DNA of 64,000 nucleotides from Gemmatimonadales bacterium (GTDB taxonomy: Bacteria > Gemmatimonadota > Gemmatimonadetes > Gemmatimonadales > GWC2-71-9), in contig JBOHSD010000014.1 of the NCBI GenBank assembly GCA_050733075.1, forward strand, positions 13 through 64,012, read 5' to 3'. Below, in pieces: positions 63,950-64,000 of this stretch; position 1 is the first letter of the stretch; the number at the start of each line of letters is the position of its first letter. The position numbers and the translations under genes were made by a program. The notes beneath the pieces are model-generated. The model was not told where the DNA came from and did no database searches. It saw nothing but the letters and a program-made list of their open reading frames with translations.

Positions 63950-64000
63950 ATGGGTTTACTTACCAAGCCGATCAAGAACCTGGATGATCTCTTCGTCCAC
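63950..64000 (+). CDS. Start of a DUF892 (YciE/YciF ferritin-like) protein, truncated by the window end
   Basis: MGLLTKPIKNLDDLFVH resembles the conserved N-terminus of DUF892 proteins. GGGAG lies upstream. Confidence 0.45.
   Translation, partial: MGLLTKPIKNLDDLFVH

Overview
This is a visibly GC-rich chromosomal segment from a diderm bacterium. BamA-family and beta-barrel OMP genes and many lipobox lipoproteins support the diderm call. I call about 65 CDS, packed with little spacing and many 1-8 nt start/stop overlaps. I found no rRNA, tRNA, CRISPR array, transposase or integrase.

Recognisable content:
- Housekeeping: leuS, rho, serA/serC, pncA/pncB, arginase.
- Ergothioneine cluster: egtB-egtD-egtA.
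- Alkylation repair: Ada plus an ATL protein.
- NHEJ: a split operon (ku, LigD-polymerase, LigD-ligase) plus a second stand-alone polymerase-domain gene.
- Other: an osmoprotectant ABC transporter, peptidases, several stress-type proteins (BON, YflT-like, DUF892, SodC) and a few regulators (HxlR, TetR, ArsR, CheY-like, MCP).
- Gene remnants: HigB C-terminus, LLM-oxidoreductase N-terminus, amidohydrolase N-terminus.

The most unusual signal is not a gene cluster. It is a family of intergenic elements built from inverted arrays of tandem 7-nt units (GTGAACG/GTAAACG, GAGTCGG/TAGTCGG, GTGAGAA/GTAAGAA).
- The arrays fill whole intergenic gaps.
- They begin exactly at, or contain, the stop codon of the upstream gene.
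- They put stop codons in all three frames in one orientation and are open in the other.
- They can fold into long hairpins.
- Short in-frame copies also sit inside the essential leuS gene.
- One copy is nested with a GTCACCCTGAG...CTCAGGGTGAC palindromic REP-like element.

Limits: all functional calls come from reading motifs by eye in the supplied translations, with no database search. Non-coding coordinates were anchored to ORF-track coordinates but may be off by 1-2 nt.
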